Shown: positions 38,811-50,877 of the stretch, in pieces
Layout: every line of letters starts with the position of its first letter
Position numbering within the stretch: the first letter of the stretch is position 1
Assembly (NCBI GenBank): GCA_905331485.1
Contig: CAJNYT010000051.1
Coordinates: 407,310 to 471,309, forward strand
Reading direction: 5' to 3'
Length of the DNA: 64,000 nt
Source: Rotaria socialis
Lineage: Eukaryota
Made by a program: the position numbers and the translations under genes
The notes under the pieces: generated by a model
The model's database searches: none
Seen by the model: only the letters and a program-made list of their open reading frames with translations
Told to the model about the DNA's origin: nothing

Positions 38811-40162
38811 TTTTTGTATCTAAAAATTTAGCAAGTTTTTATCTTGTTTTCAAGTCGAATAGAAGACTAAAATGTCTACTGTAGTCTGACTATATATTCA
38901 TCATTTATAAATGCGAGCATTTTATTCCTGATGACTAATGCGGTTACTTATTATTTTAGCAAAAGAAAAACAAAAAATAGGTAGTAGACTTCAGATTTTG
39001 CTATTTTTCTTTATGATTCTACACACTCCGCACGTGGTGTGTCATTGCACAAACTGTCGCAACACGGATATTATAGGAATTTATATATGTTATGTATCAA
39101 CATCTGGCTAAACAATTCTCGATAGATGCCATTGCCAAGCTTAAATGTCGGTTGATTAAATATTTACCAATCTCACAGTGAAATACATTTTCAGCAAGTA
39201 AAACGTCAAAAACTATGTAATTTAGACTATGAGTATGATTAGAAAAATCAATAGAATTCACCAATGAACTATCTTCAGCAAGATGTGAAGTATTTAATAT
39301 ATAAATTAAGTTCGTATATTCTCGATAACGTAAATAAGCATATTATTATGTACATATCTCAATATTGTTTCCTAATAGATGTTCAATCAAAAAAGAAATT
39401 GTTTCATATCATTTTAGTAGTGAGATGTCGCTTGAGACTTCCAGAAAATATTTACTTTGTATTTACTAAACTGTTTTTTTCCTGAATATTTATTTGGTTC
39501 ACTGAAAATTTTTTGATTGATTTATTTTTCTATAATCGGCCAATCTTATCTGCTGTATATCTACGGCATGCGATCATCTTAAAAAGACATTTGCACATTT
39601 TTTTAAATAGTATTGCCAACAATCTCACGTTTTGATTGTGTTATTAACAGGCAGTTCGATGAAAACAAAACGATTAAAAATTTAGATCGAAGGGTTGAAA
39701 TTATTGTTTTTATTTTTATACCTATAAAAACACGGTTCAACAAAGGTATGACTTGTAAATCGTTTATTGAGAAGAAAAAATAATAAAACCATTAAGCAAC
39801 AAATGAACATATGTGAATTATACAAATTTATTCGATAAGAATAGAAGTTGGTTGAAATTTTTTTCTCGATAAATTTCATATGACAAAGAATGATTCTTAA
39901 ATTCCCAGAATAATTTCCGTCATTTGATATTGAACAATTTTTTAAATTATTGTCAAAATATTCAATAATGCATACAATGGAAATAAAAATAACTGAAAAT
40001 ACCGCTAATAAATGTGTGTATAATAAACATTGGGTATATTCGAAATGAAAATTTCTTCGTGTATAAATATAATGGCAATAGTGAATATATTTGATAACAT
40101 GAGTAATTATGTTGGCTATTTAAAAGTCCATGCGATTGAAATCCTATTGGCCAAATAAAGCA

Positions 40163-40234
40163 GGGCGTGGGTGTGAGTGTACCAGTGCGATTATGGACAA
40201 ATGGCCATCCTCGTTGCCCACGCACACACATACA
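40163..40234. repeat. TG/CA-rich palindrome (gggcgtgggtgtgagtgt ... cccacgcacacacataca), a member of a recurring motif family in this window
   Basis: Inverted GT-rich and CA-rich blocks separated by about 36 bp. The same architecture is seen at 50109-50188 and 51309-51361. Confidence 0.6.
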
Positions 40235-40369
40235 ACGTCTTTTGCGCACATCATTCACGATGAACACGAATATCTTCAATTGAGAAATCAAATGTTAGCA
40301 AAAGTAACACTGGGCAAACATGCAAGAACATCTCAAATTGCTAATCAAATCGATCAGAACCAGAGACCT

Positions 40370-40515
40370 GCACAGGAAAAGATTTTTCGTCCTGTCCTAA
40401 CCTGTCCTGCTGGCTACTTTGGTCCTGGCGGGCGTCAGGGCAAGACAAAAATCGAAATCTCATCCTGTCCTCCAGGACAGGGCAGGACAGGACACCAGGA
40501 CAGCAGGACCGCCCT
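40370..40515. other. GC-rich island with at least 9 copies of the heptamer CCTGTCC / GGACAGG in both orientations (nested palindromes)
   Basis: tcgtcctgtcctaacctgtcctgctgg...tcctgtcctccaggacagggcaggacaggacaccaggacagcaggaccgccctgccctg. The overlapping ORFs on both strands are artefacts of the GC content. Confidence 0.7.
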
Positions 40516-41920
40516 GCCCTGTGCACGTCTCTGATCAGAACAGACCATCAACAACCACAGACTCTTTGGTGAAATTAGAATTATGGAATAACCAGCAATA
40601 CACGAATGGCCAATATCGCATGATCACCCATTAAACCTATGAAAGCTGGTTCGCACAACATAAATCGATTATACACAAAATACGGTGCGACTCCTTTGGC
40701 AAAATAAAGATCGTTATAAAGAAGTTCATAGGCGGAACACGAAATAATCGTAACTTGTGCATGAGAAAATTTGGAAATTTTATTCTTTCCTATTGTAAAA
40801 TTTTTCTGATACCAATAAATCTTTCAAATTCAGCTAGCCTACGAAGATAACTGAGAAAACAAAACAAAATAAAATAATTTTCATCTTGCCCAGATAGCAA
40901 AACCTACAGATTTCTGACATTAGATCATAGTATACTTGATTCACACTCAAGAATCAGAATAATTGCCATATAGCTATGACAGATTAAATATTTATTAAGA
41001 AATAAAAATAGCTGTATGTTTCATTAAAAACAAGTATCTCTTTTGGATAAAATATGTTTTATTTTCTTTGTAATAGCAGATTCTAAAGATACCCGATGAT
41101 AACTAAGTTAACCTGTAGTCAAAACGTGTCGCATTTGCCTTTGAATCTGCCAGAAATTGAGTACATAACTCACCCTCCCCCTCAATCCTCATTGTAGTTA
41201 TATATACTCTTCTCTATCATTTAACTGTTTTATTTACCCCCTGATAAGAAGAGTATAAAACATTTTCATCATATTGACTTTGTTAAAGAAAGCTTCGCTT
41301 TGTGCGCGTGATTTGAATAAATGTAAGTGACATTAATGTCTCAACGATTTTATATCATTCAGAAAATGAACGATATAATTATATGTGCCGTGTTTCCACA
41401 GTTGAACGGTTAGAGACACGATTCAGGTAACCAGTTATAATATCATAGGTTCGTTTCGTTCATTTTCCGCATGATATTTAATCGTCGAACGTCAAAGGAA
41501 GTAAAAAGCATTATTGTATAGAAACGATACTTGTATTTATCAAGAACAACAATCTCTTTATTTATCTAAATAGATAAATACTAAGAATCGTTGCGCCCAG
41601 AGGAGGATCTCTATATCTTTTTTTCACACCACTACCCCTATATGGCAACTCCAATTGCTATTTGTTTTCGTATCGTCGCTTTTTCAATTGATGCGTGGAA
41701 AGGCTTTAAAAAGCACCCGATTCAACAGCATTAGCTTTCGCTGATACTTGCCGGGCAGCACATCGTTGAAATGAATGTCTTTTGTGGGTACAAACAGACA
41801 CGGAAAAAACTGGGGACCACTTTTCTTAACAATTTTATGAGTATCGTTTTTGTGAGTCCTCTTGTTTAGAAATACAGCAAGGATAGAAAACTTCTTTTTT
41901 GACCAATCGATAACTTAAGG

Positions 41921-41990
41921 TGTTCTCTAGACAATATGTAAGTAGTCATTTGCAGTGATGAGATCGGTTCGACAAAGCACGAACCGGATC
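41921..41990. other. Strong hairpin: 20-bp stem (cagtgatgagatcggttcg / cgaaccggatcccatcactg) with an 8-nt loop, nested in a longer imperfect palindrome (tcatttgcag...ctgcaaatga)
   Basis: Perfect inverted repeat read directly from the sequence. Confidence 0.7.
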
Positions 41991-42584
41991 CCATCACTGG
42001 TCATTTGATATCATGTGTTCTTCGTTTTCTGCAATGTTTCTGCAAATGACAGTGTCAATATCCAATGAGAGATAAAGGGTCATATTAAAATATGTGTAAA
42101 TAATAAAATAAGTATAATTTCATTAACTGCTTATAAAGAATTTTCATTTCACAATGAATTTGGAATGTTAAGCAGCATGAGTTATTAAAAGCATGTAGGG
42201 TGCAGGAAATGCCAATTTTAAGCAACATTCTTTTGTCTTACTTCTTTATATGACGCGATAATGTTCTTGGAATTACTTATGAAAGGAATGCTCAATATAT
42301 TTGAACAGTCTTCTTGTTGTAAAACTTAGAAAAACTCGAATGAGACTTGATGTTTTCAGCGATCTCGTGTTTTCATTCACTTTTCTAATGTTACTAGTTT
42401 CAAAGATCATTCCATGAACACTATCAAGCCATATCGAAAAATTGCCAAAAAGAGCTGCTTAATTATTGCATTTTCAACACACTAAACGAGATCTAAAGTG
42501 TTATCATAATTTGTACAGAACGATGATTTCTTCTTTAAAATATGAAGTTATCAAGGAGAACCAATGCAGACTTCTCTTCTGATT

Positions 42585-42965
42585 TTTCTTTGTCACAGCC
42601 TCCTTTCTCATTACAGCCGCTATGGCTGGATGGTTAAGATGCTCGGCACATATCCACAAGATAGTGTGTTCAAACCTCGGCGCCATCATCCATAGAATAA
42701 CCTTGGATAAGTTACTAACGGCTGCTTTGTCTCGGATCACCCATCCGATAGCACGCTGATTACATGTGACATACATAAAAATATCCTCGTGGATAGTATG
42801 TGGTTAGTCAGTATGCATGGGAAGCTTAAGTAATTAAGCGGAAGGAACTCTGAGTCAGGCCGGCCTTCTGTCCAGAGCTGCAGCTAGTAATAGTTGTAGG
42901 AAAAATATCGGGCTCTTGAAACTGTCTCCGGACAGCTACCCTATACTGAAAGGTAGCCGCAAGGC
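42585..42965. other. GC-richer, highly structured segment; candidate ncRNA or SINE-like element, unclassified
   Basis: Local stem-loops (gctaccctatactgaaaggtagc; ggccggcc; gagctgcagctag), a GC content well above the flanks, and a (TTTC)n microsatellite immediately downstream. No tRNA cloverleaf or known snRNA box recognised. Confidence 0.25.
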
Positions 42966-42973
42966 AAGGGTAT

Positions 42974-43001
42974 TCTTTCTTTCTTTCTTTCTTTCTTTCT
43001 C
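42974..43001. repeat. (TTTC)7 microsatellite
   Basis: tctttctttctttctttctttctttctc. Confidence 0.9.
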
Positions 43002-43894
43002 ATTACATTCGTATTCTACAGTTGCGACTGTGTTTTGAAACATAATTGAAATCTAAGATTGAATAAGTAGAAGATGATTTAATACTGATATCAACAGCAA
43101 TCAGGACTCTTTGCTCGGACATTGACAATCTTTTCTCTCAAAATGTAACTATTGAGATCTTTATGATGATATTAAAATCTAAAACATTGAAAGAAGCTAT
43201 TACAGTTTATATAAGAAGTGTTTTAGAAATTCGAAGTATTCTTTTTTTTGTGAATTTAAGTTTGAAAACTTTCACGGTTTCACAAAATAAACAACATCTT
43301 TTGTTTACCTAATTTCATTTTTACCTCATTATGACATATTCGTTCATTCATTTATTGTAGATTTATTATTATATTATAAACATCTATATACCACTAGCTT
43401 TTTAAACAACCTCAACGCTTGAGCTGATCTACGAGCAACTCATTCTAGAAATGATTGCATTTCCATAGGATTAATGTACATATATTAAGAAAATAATTTT
43501 GACACAATAATTTCATTTTTTCTTCAGCGTTTTTTTCTTTAAATTTAACTTAATATGCCATTGAAAAATATTTCAAACCTTATAGAACTTTCTTTAAAAC
43601 ATGTTAACTCAAAAAACAAATGGAGAACAGATATTGATAGCTTGTAGATTAGCTGAAGCGTATAGGAAAGATAGGTCGATATAAGACGTAGCTCTCATTA
43701 ATACAGTTCATCAGATCAAAAGGAAGTAAGACTATCGGGTATCTAAAATTGGTCATCCGTTGACAGTTGAAACGTGTAAGTTAGCGACTAATTCACCATC
43801 TCGAATCAGGTCAAACTGTCATGTCTATACACTATATATCTTCCTTTTAGAGTGTATCTATCCAATCTTTTATCCTTGCTCGTCGCATTTAGCA

Positions 43895-45076
43895 ATGAAA
43901 TGGCTCTATTTTATCCTATTATTAATGGTGGCTATGCTTGTTTGTTTTGCGAAAAATGAACAGCAAACAGTGATATCTGAAATATATTCACTTGATGGCG
44001 ACTTCGACAAGATTCGGGCATCTGAACACATACAATTCGAATTGACTCACGTCAATAGTGAACCGAGTGTCATCATCGAAACGGAACAATGGTTGCATAC
44101 AGGCCAATATATAACTGTCACAACAAGACCGAATGATTGTTTGTATCCATGATTTGAAGAATACTGTCAGCTTTTACTCATAGCGTCCCATTTCCTTTAT
44201 GAATGTTAAGAAGAAGCACTTGATCTATTCAAACATGAAACGGGTTTTTTGAATATATTTCTATATGAAGAAAAAGATAGTTGAGCAAAGAGAAATATTG
44301 ATTTAATAGATTTCTTGAGCAGATTTGTTAGTTCAGTCTCATCGCAATGTGTTGCAAGTAAAGAAAAACTTTTATTTTTACCTTTTATTCTGAAGACACT
44401 TTATTGAAAAAAAAAAGAATTATTTCAAATTTGTTTGGCAGATCTTGATATCAAATTGGCGAGCGGCACTAATTATCCAGCAATCAAAGTGTATGTTAAT
44501 TACCGCAAAGCTCTCCTTAGTTTGGAAATAGATGGAATGTCGTCAATGAGATCAAGAAACGTCATTTTTAGTAATCCTTCATCGCTTTTGAATATTGCAC
44601 ATTCTGGAGCTGGCAGCGCAATACTCAAACTACAACACGGTTCTAATATTAATGTTGCCATATCTGGTACAGGCCAACTCTCTTTGTCCGGTCGAGTTCA
44701 AGGGAATGGACGATTGAGCGTCTCAGGTACTGCGCACTTGGATGCAATCGAGTGTCCAATGAATATTGCGACTGCTGAAGTGGCTGGATCTGGATCAGCT
44801 TCTGTTTATGGTGTAAAAGGAGTTCATGCCACCGTGAGTGGAGTTGGTAACATTTGCTATCGAGGACCTTTGCTTAGTCAAGTGATAAGTGGTCTTGGCT
44901 CGATCAAAGAGTGTATTGTTGAAGGGACACCTGCAGAACCTCAACAAACAGCTACAGAACCTCAACAAACATCTACAGAACCCCAAAATTCATCATCGCA
45001 AAGCGACAAAATCATGGATAGAAATCAACGATTATTAGTGATTCTTGCTACTACAGTTTTCTTTCTCTTCTTCTAA
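43895..45076 (+). CDS. Secreted, GPI-anchor-like protein with a Gly/Ser-rich beta-solenoid region resembling the bacterial DUF2807 (putative adhesin head, GIN) fold; 2 exons
   Basis: Exon 1 about 43895-44138: signal peptide MKWLYFILLLMVAMLVCFA, then NEQQTVISEIYSLDGDFDKIRASEH.... Candidate donor gtttgt at 44139 and acceptor tttggcag at 44441. Exon 2 44442-45076: ...AHSGAGSAILKLQHGSNINVAISGTGQLSLSGRVQGNGRLSVSGTAHLDAIE...VAGSGSASVYGVKGVHATVSGVGNICYRGPL..., followed by Pro/Thr/Gln repeats (TPAEPQQTATEPQQTSTEPQ) and a hydrophobic C-terminal tail (LLVILATTVFFLFF), stop TAA 45074-45076. Confidence 0.55.
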
Positions 45077-48000
45077 TTAATCATTAATTGACACTGTTGC
45101 TTTTCTTTTCAATTCATAATCGATGATCCTATAAAGTATGCCTTTCCCTCAAGAAAATCTTCTTACGCCGATTTCGATAACATAATATTCGTTTCTTAGA
45201 CAACAACAACAGCATGAGATATAAGAATAAGACTTGTTTTAATAGTATCATAGAGTTATACGGCTAGATGATGGATAGGTGAAACGAGCACACTCGCATC
45301 CTTTTTTCTATCAGATTTGCCAACATAACTACAACCTGGAAAAGAAAGCTTGCCCAAGTGACATCATAACCAAATGATAACGGTTCTTCTCAAAAAGATA
45401 ATCAGATAGATCTCTCTTATATTCAACTATATAAATAGAGGAAATATCTATTTCATAAACATTTAAGAACTATTCATTTTGTCCACGCCAATAAATACAA
45501 GGTAAGATATCATTTGATTGTTGAAAACCGAGTCACTTAGGCATACATATATTTCTTCAATTTAATAATGAAACAGCAAAGGCAGGCAACCTGCACACTG
45601 GATTTTTGTTTTTACATTTAATATCTTCTTTTTCACCTTATGGATTTTTTCATCTAAGAACGATAGGGTTGAATGTAAATCACATCTTCAACAATAATTG
45701 TTTTCAAAAGCAACCGTTGTTAGGGAGCAAAAGTTATCGTAAAATGAAATGAGTGTGTGAATTCATTAGTAAATTGATAGTGAACTGCTGCATAGGTTTA
45801 TCGTACTATTTTTAATCCCAAGTCTAGAATATGATCGGCATATGTGAAACCAATGATCTTTTCACTTTGATTGGATTTTATGACCTTTTAATGATATTGG
45901 AGCTGAATTAATTTTTTCATGCCAAGATAAATAAAGTCCAATATCATTATGAAAATCTAAATGACGACGTGATAAATTATTTTTCGTATTATTAATTTCT
46001 GTTGATGACCATCTGTCAAGACCAACAACCCACTCAGGTCTATGAGCAAAACAGGAAGAATATTTCAATGAACTATTTGATGATTCAATTAAACGTGTTG
46101 TTAATGATCGATCAATTGATAGACAACAATAATGAGATGAATATGAACATTCTTCAAATTTCGACAAATCCATCTTTTCAATTTTTTTAGTTTTATTAAC
46201 AACAAAAAAACATTTCTTTTCTTTTTGATTGAACTTTTTAATAGAACTATTGGAGTAATGCTTTTCACCATAATAAGAGCAAAGATGTATTCACACTAAC
46301 AATATGAGTTTTATGCATCACAACATTTTTTTTAATAAGAATAAACATTAATCAAAGTGATCTCTTAAAAATATTTCACAATAATAAGAAAAGAAAGATT
46401 ATTTAGAATTAGGTAAATTGTAAACAGAACAACGTTCAATTAAATTGTTCATTAACACAATTGGCAATAAACAACATTTATGAATTCTTTTTAAAAAAAA
46501 ACCATCATCGATTCACATTCAATGTCAAAACCATTAGAACTATTTGTTTATTTATTTAATTTATTCAAGTGTAAGTGGCCTTGTAGGGCTTTAAATTTAA
46601 ACATTTAACATGTCAACTGTATGTGGAACAACAATAGATTGATTTCGTTAGAAAATTTATTCTTCTAAAACAGATTTGTTTACAATATTAATTTATAATT
46701 AAGTTTAAAGAAAACAAAATGTAGAATTTTGTTTTTTTTTGTTCGACAGAATTAATAGAAATCTTTCAAAATTATTTTCGATCATTTTAAAACTGATTAA
46801 GAATTTTTTTTGAAAAGAATTCATAAGATTTTATTCTAAATAATTTCAATTTTATTTTTTTTTTAGTTTCATATTTTAATAAAATAACAGTTTGTTTTTT
46901 GTGTAAAGGTTACTATTTATTTTTTATTTATAAGCGTTCGACGATTTTCTTTACTACTATCGTTGTTCAATTCTGCATCAGTTGTTTCAGTTGTTGATAG
47001 ATCTCCTAAAATGATATTAAAACAATGAATGTTATTTATTTCGATGCGAAAATGTTTTTATCGCTTTTTTAGATTTTAAAATTTCAATTCATTTTTCAAT
47101 TAGAGAAAATCTCAATATATTGTTTAACAAGACTTAATGTTATTATTTAATAAAACACAATGAATAATAGTGCTAAAGATTCTGAATTCAAAACAAAATG
47201 AGTTAACAGAAATTGATTCTGGTTTAAACATATTTAAAGTGTAGAATTTTAAAGAGATATTAACGAATATTAATATTATGTAAAAAGTTGTAAGAAAATG
47301 GTTCATAACAATGGTCTATTTGATTTTATTAATGTAAAAACATCTGATTTCAAGATTTCAACCAGAGAAAAATCGCTTCAAGTAAATCTTTCTTTTCAAA
47401 TATTTATTTCTAAAAACTACTCAATAAAAGTTTTTCGATAACAGTGCATTATCTATATTGAAGAAAAGTTCTGCATGAACTACTATCCGTAACAGTTATA
47501 GGACTCTATTACAATGCTTTCGCTATTTCTAAGTGTTTGTTGAGCTCAAGTAGATTGCTACGCTGCAGTTTTGAATGAGACCAATATCTTATCTTTGACG
47601 CTTTAGTTCACTGATAATAAGTGATAACACTCGATACTTTTCTTTAATCCTTTCCGACCAGCTACTAGAAGACCGGTAGAAAACAAATATTTTCGGGCGA
47701 ATTCTTAGTTCCGTTATCGGGGAGATGCTAAAAGTGTGGTCGTTGGTACAAAAAAAGCTACACGTTACCGAACGGTCGAGTGTGGCCTACAAGCAAAATC
47801 CCAACATGTCAATTTTTTGAATTCACTGCCTAATCCATCTGAGTAACTCAATAGATCATACATCCATAGGAGAAAATTAATCGCTAATTGTTTCTTCGAT
47901 TGATAGTTAAGACACGAGAAAAACGCAGAATTTCTATTCCGACCCTTTTTGGGGGGATCCCAAACCGACCCCTCCCTGTATTCAGTGAAAGGTTATATTT

Positions 48001-48279
48001 TTCTTGTACGTTTATGGATTTACTCATAAATGTATTGGCGTAATTATCAATGTGCTAAAGAATTAAATATGATGAGTACAGATCAGCCCTGCACCAAATG
48101 TTAACTCAATATTGCCAAATGGCTACATCCGGCTGGAAAGGGTTAAGATGAACTCAATCAAAGCTGTCCCTTCTAAAATAGTATAATTGTTTTATCAATT
48201 CAATATGTACTAATCGAACATCCATTTTTTTCTGTAGTAAATCGTCAAGATCCTAGATTTCCTACTCCTTAAAATTGCC

Positions 48280-48519
48280 TTATCGAAAACCTTGTGATAA
48301 CATACCTGATCGTTTGTTACGAGCAGCGGCGAATTCTTTTTCCAATATTTTAATCATAGTTATTGTGCTTGCTTTTAATCCTTTTCGTGAATCCTGATTG
48401 TCAGCATCAACAACGTAAAATTTAATACCGCCCAGGACGATCATTCCGACCGCCGGAACGATCATCTTAACAGGACTGAAGCGTCTATAAAAATGGTATA
48501 ATAAGGCGTTAATTTGCAC
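48280..48519 (-). CDS. Candidate terminal coding exon of an unidentified gene
   Basis: 79-aa ORF (..GIKFYVVDADNQDSRKGLKASTITMIKILEKEFAAARNKRS) with an upstream tttcag-type acceptor context. No domain assigned. Confidence 0.2.
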   Translation of the reverse strand: MQINALLYHFYRRFSPVKMIVPAVGMIVLGGIKFYVVDADNQDSRKGLKASTITMIKILEKEFAAARNKRSGMLSQGFR

Positions 48520-48670
48520 CTCGTTTCGCCGTAATCCGTCAGCTCGTTTTACGGACCGTTTTTCCGCTAGAAAACGGCCATCGTTTTTAACAAAATATTC
48601 GTCGTTTTCTGAGCTGACGGAAAACGGTGTCGTTTTTCAACGTTTTTTACGTCTTTTACGGCCATTTATG
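48480..48670. repeat. ACGG/CGTTTT-rich repeat related to 22200-22460
   Basis: cgttttacggaccgtttttccgctagaaaacggccatcgtttttaac...gacggaaaacggtgtcgtttttcaacg. Confidence 0.5.
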
Positions 48671-48820
48671 CACCGTTTTCTTGGACCTGGGTGGTTTCTC
48701 GTACACTTGGAAAAATAGTGCTGCTCATTTCAACTATTTCTCCTAATGACATATTCATCAATACACGTTGATTCACAATAGCCAAATCATCACATAAAAA
48801 TGTTGCAAACTCCTTGGTAT

Positions 48821-49117
48821 CCCAGGTCGAACAATCCGGCCTGGAAACGGCCGCTTCCGGGTAGTTTCGTTGATTTTGTGGAAGCAGTATTCCGGTTGGA
48901 AATTTGTCGCATTTTTTCCGGTGGTTTACGATTAATTCCTGCCGGAAAGCACCGGAACTTGGCAGGAATTCGTCGGAAAAGTCCGGCCGTATTTTTGACC
49001 GGAATACTGCTTCCATGTTCCAGCAATTTTCTGTGTTTTCCTGCAGGGTATGGTGCCTTTTCCGCATATTCCCTGGAGTATCTTACGGGATCCGGTGGCC
49101 GGAATGTTCGACCTGGG
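48821..49117 (+). mobile_element. MITE-like foldback element, copy 2 (about 297 bp), with a perfect 13-bp TIR CCCAGGTCGAACA / TGTTCGACCTGGG
   Basis: Direct-orientation homolog of 21236-21500. Internal palindrome gtggaagcagtattccggttgg / accggaatactgcttccatg. The overlapping ORFs on both strands (48666-49192) are artefacts. Confidence 0.8.
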
Positions 49118-50108
49118 ATACTCCTTTTCTGCATATGCAAAGAATTGTTGCGGATTCATAATAGCTATAAGTTAAAAATCGAAGCAAAATAAATAATGAT
49201 CACAAGCAGAAAAAAAACATACTGAAGAATATTTGACCGAACGACAAAATGAACAATGTAATTATGATATTGACACAATAAAGAACACAAGTTTTCGATT
49301 TAGTAATTGATTTCAGTGGACAATTTGCTCACACTCGCAAATATATGTGTAATGTGTGTACACATATACCTATTTCCATATGACCGGTCGTATTTTGTCC
49401 TTTCTTTTCTTTTCGTTCAGTAAGAAAAAGAGACCAAGTATGGCGCCATAGTACGATGGCTATACATTTCTAACATGATATTGGCAAGATAAAAGTGAAA
49501 CGATATCGAATGAGAGATTTTCTTCAATTCCTCAATGGTAAAATTACCTTTTAAACAAAAATGTGTTTATTCAATAGACATTTTTCAATAATAAAACTAG
49601 GGGATGAGAAGTTATTGTTAATTAGTAACAATAATAATAATTTTCTCGAAGAATCCGGCTCGCAGCTTTTCTTGATTATACAAGGTGTATCATAATGATA
49701 AGACCCTCTATTGACTTTTGAGAAAAATAAAAATTTCATTAACTAAAGAACGTTTCATTTCCAATTCAATGGCATATCTATCAGTGTCTAGTAGTAGTCT
49801 ATCATGTATCATATTTGCTTCAATTTGACCAATTAACGTCCATGAAGAAATTGAAAAATTTGAGTTTGAATTGCCTGATAATTATAAGACCGGCCTTTAT
49901 CACAATATGTGAATGCTAAATTCACCCTATCTTTACCAGCTCAAATGACCCTTTGAACTTTCTATTCGGAAGAGGAAATAGTTAGCTACACGTTGAAAAT
50001 ACGCTAGATGGAAAAAGCTAAGTTCAACTTTTCTATCGTTTAAGAAATTAAATTCAATGTCAAAACTACCACTATGTAATTCGAGAAAAGTAAATTTTCT
50101 GTTCCTTA

Positions 50109-50188
50109 GTGTGGGGTGTGGGTGTAGGGTGTAGGTGTGGGTAGCGGTGCACAGACACAATATCAGCATTCACATCCCACACCCGTAG
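50109..50188. repeat. TG/CA-rich palindrome (gtgtggggtgtgggtgtagggtgtaggtgtgggtag ... cacatcccacaccc), overlapping the apparent 5' end of the GTPase fragment ORF
   Basis: TG1-3-like tract followed about 25 bp later by its CA-rich complement. Confidence 0.7.
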
Positions 50189-50877
50189 TTTCTCTGAATA
50201 GTATTATGAAGAATGTCAATAATGTTCTACAATACGGAAAACAAATGCAACATGGTACTAGCATACCTGTCATATGTGTACTCAGTAAAATCGATGAGTA
50301 TTTCCAAGGCCAAGCGCCTAATTGTGAAGACGATGTCAAACAACTGGAAGAATATACTGAAAGAGCTTTAACGTTGGTAAATAAGTACTTGATTGATCCA
50401 GCTGTCCAATGTATTCCCATATCAACAAGATGCAATTATGGTGTTGACCAACTTCGGCTGAGTATCAATGCTCAATCACCACTGAATGCTCAAATCATTG
50501 ACAAAAATCTTGATTACATTAGCCGATGTCGACTATCAATAGCCAATAAAATTATAGGGGCTTTTTCTACAGCTTCTGCAGCAGCATCGTTTCTACCTCT
50601 TGCGAACATCGTCATTGTAACTTTCTTAAAAGAATGGATGTATCGAATGTTGGCTTGTTTTTCAATCGACCCAAATCGAACCTCGGATACGTTCAAAGCG
50701 GTGCATCGTATGCAACAAACTGCTAGTGTAGCTATTCGTGTTGGTGCACTCTTCATTGGAGGTGTACTTCAATTAAGCATTGTGGGCTACTTTATTGGCA
50801 CGAGTATATGTGTAGTTACAGCCGCAACATCAACAGCTGCTCTCGGTTGGGCATCCTATTTTTACTTTGTTGACTAG
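50137..50877 (+). pseudogene. 3' portion (or terminal exon) of a TRAFAC-class GTPase gene (GTPase C): G4-like LSKID, C-terminal transmembrane anchor. No G1/G3 motifs are present in the ORF
   Basis: Translation ...IPVICVLSKIDEYFQ...CIPISTRCNYGVDQLRLSI... ends with hydrophobic TM segments (LPLANIVIVTFL; GALFIGGVLQLSIVGYFIGTSICVVTAATSTAALGW), stop at 50875-50877. The upstream region is a TG-rich repeat rather than a P-loop exon. It could be a genuine last exon whose 5' exons lie outside a recognisable range. Confidence 0.45.

Noticed and set aside
40130-40634. ORFs of 134/71/61 aa in the GC-rich island
   Set aside because: The heptamer-repeat palindrome gives stop-free frames on both strands. 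The composition is unlike neighbouring exons
41930-41985. Hammerhead ribozyme (GUGAUGAG + stem)
   Set aside because: The C of CUGAUGA is replaced by G and no GAAAC or cleavage-site triplet follows helix II. It is just a hairpin
42600-42680. tRNA or tRNA-derived SINE head (GTTCAAACC T-loop-like)
   Set aside because: No acceptor-stem complementarity or D-arm could be built. It remains unclassified
45100-48250. Gene content in the long AT-rich tract
   Set aside because: Only short, low-complexity ORFs with poly-A/T runs. Treated as an intergenic desert
48666-49192. Cluster of long overlapping ORFs on both strands
   Set aside because: They fall inside the GC-rich palindromic MITE and ACGG-repeat, where stop codons are rare. 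The foldback symmetry produces mirror ORFs. There are no splice signals or domains
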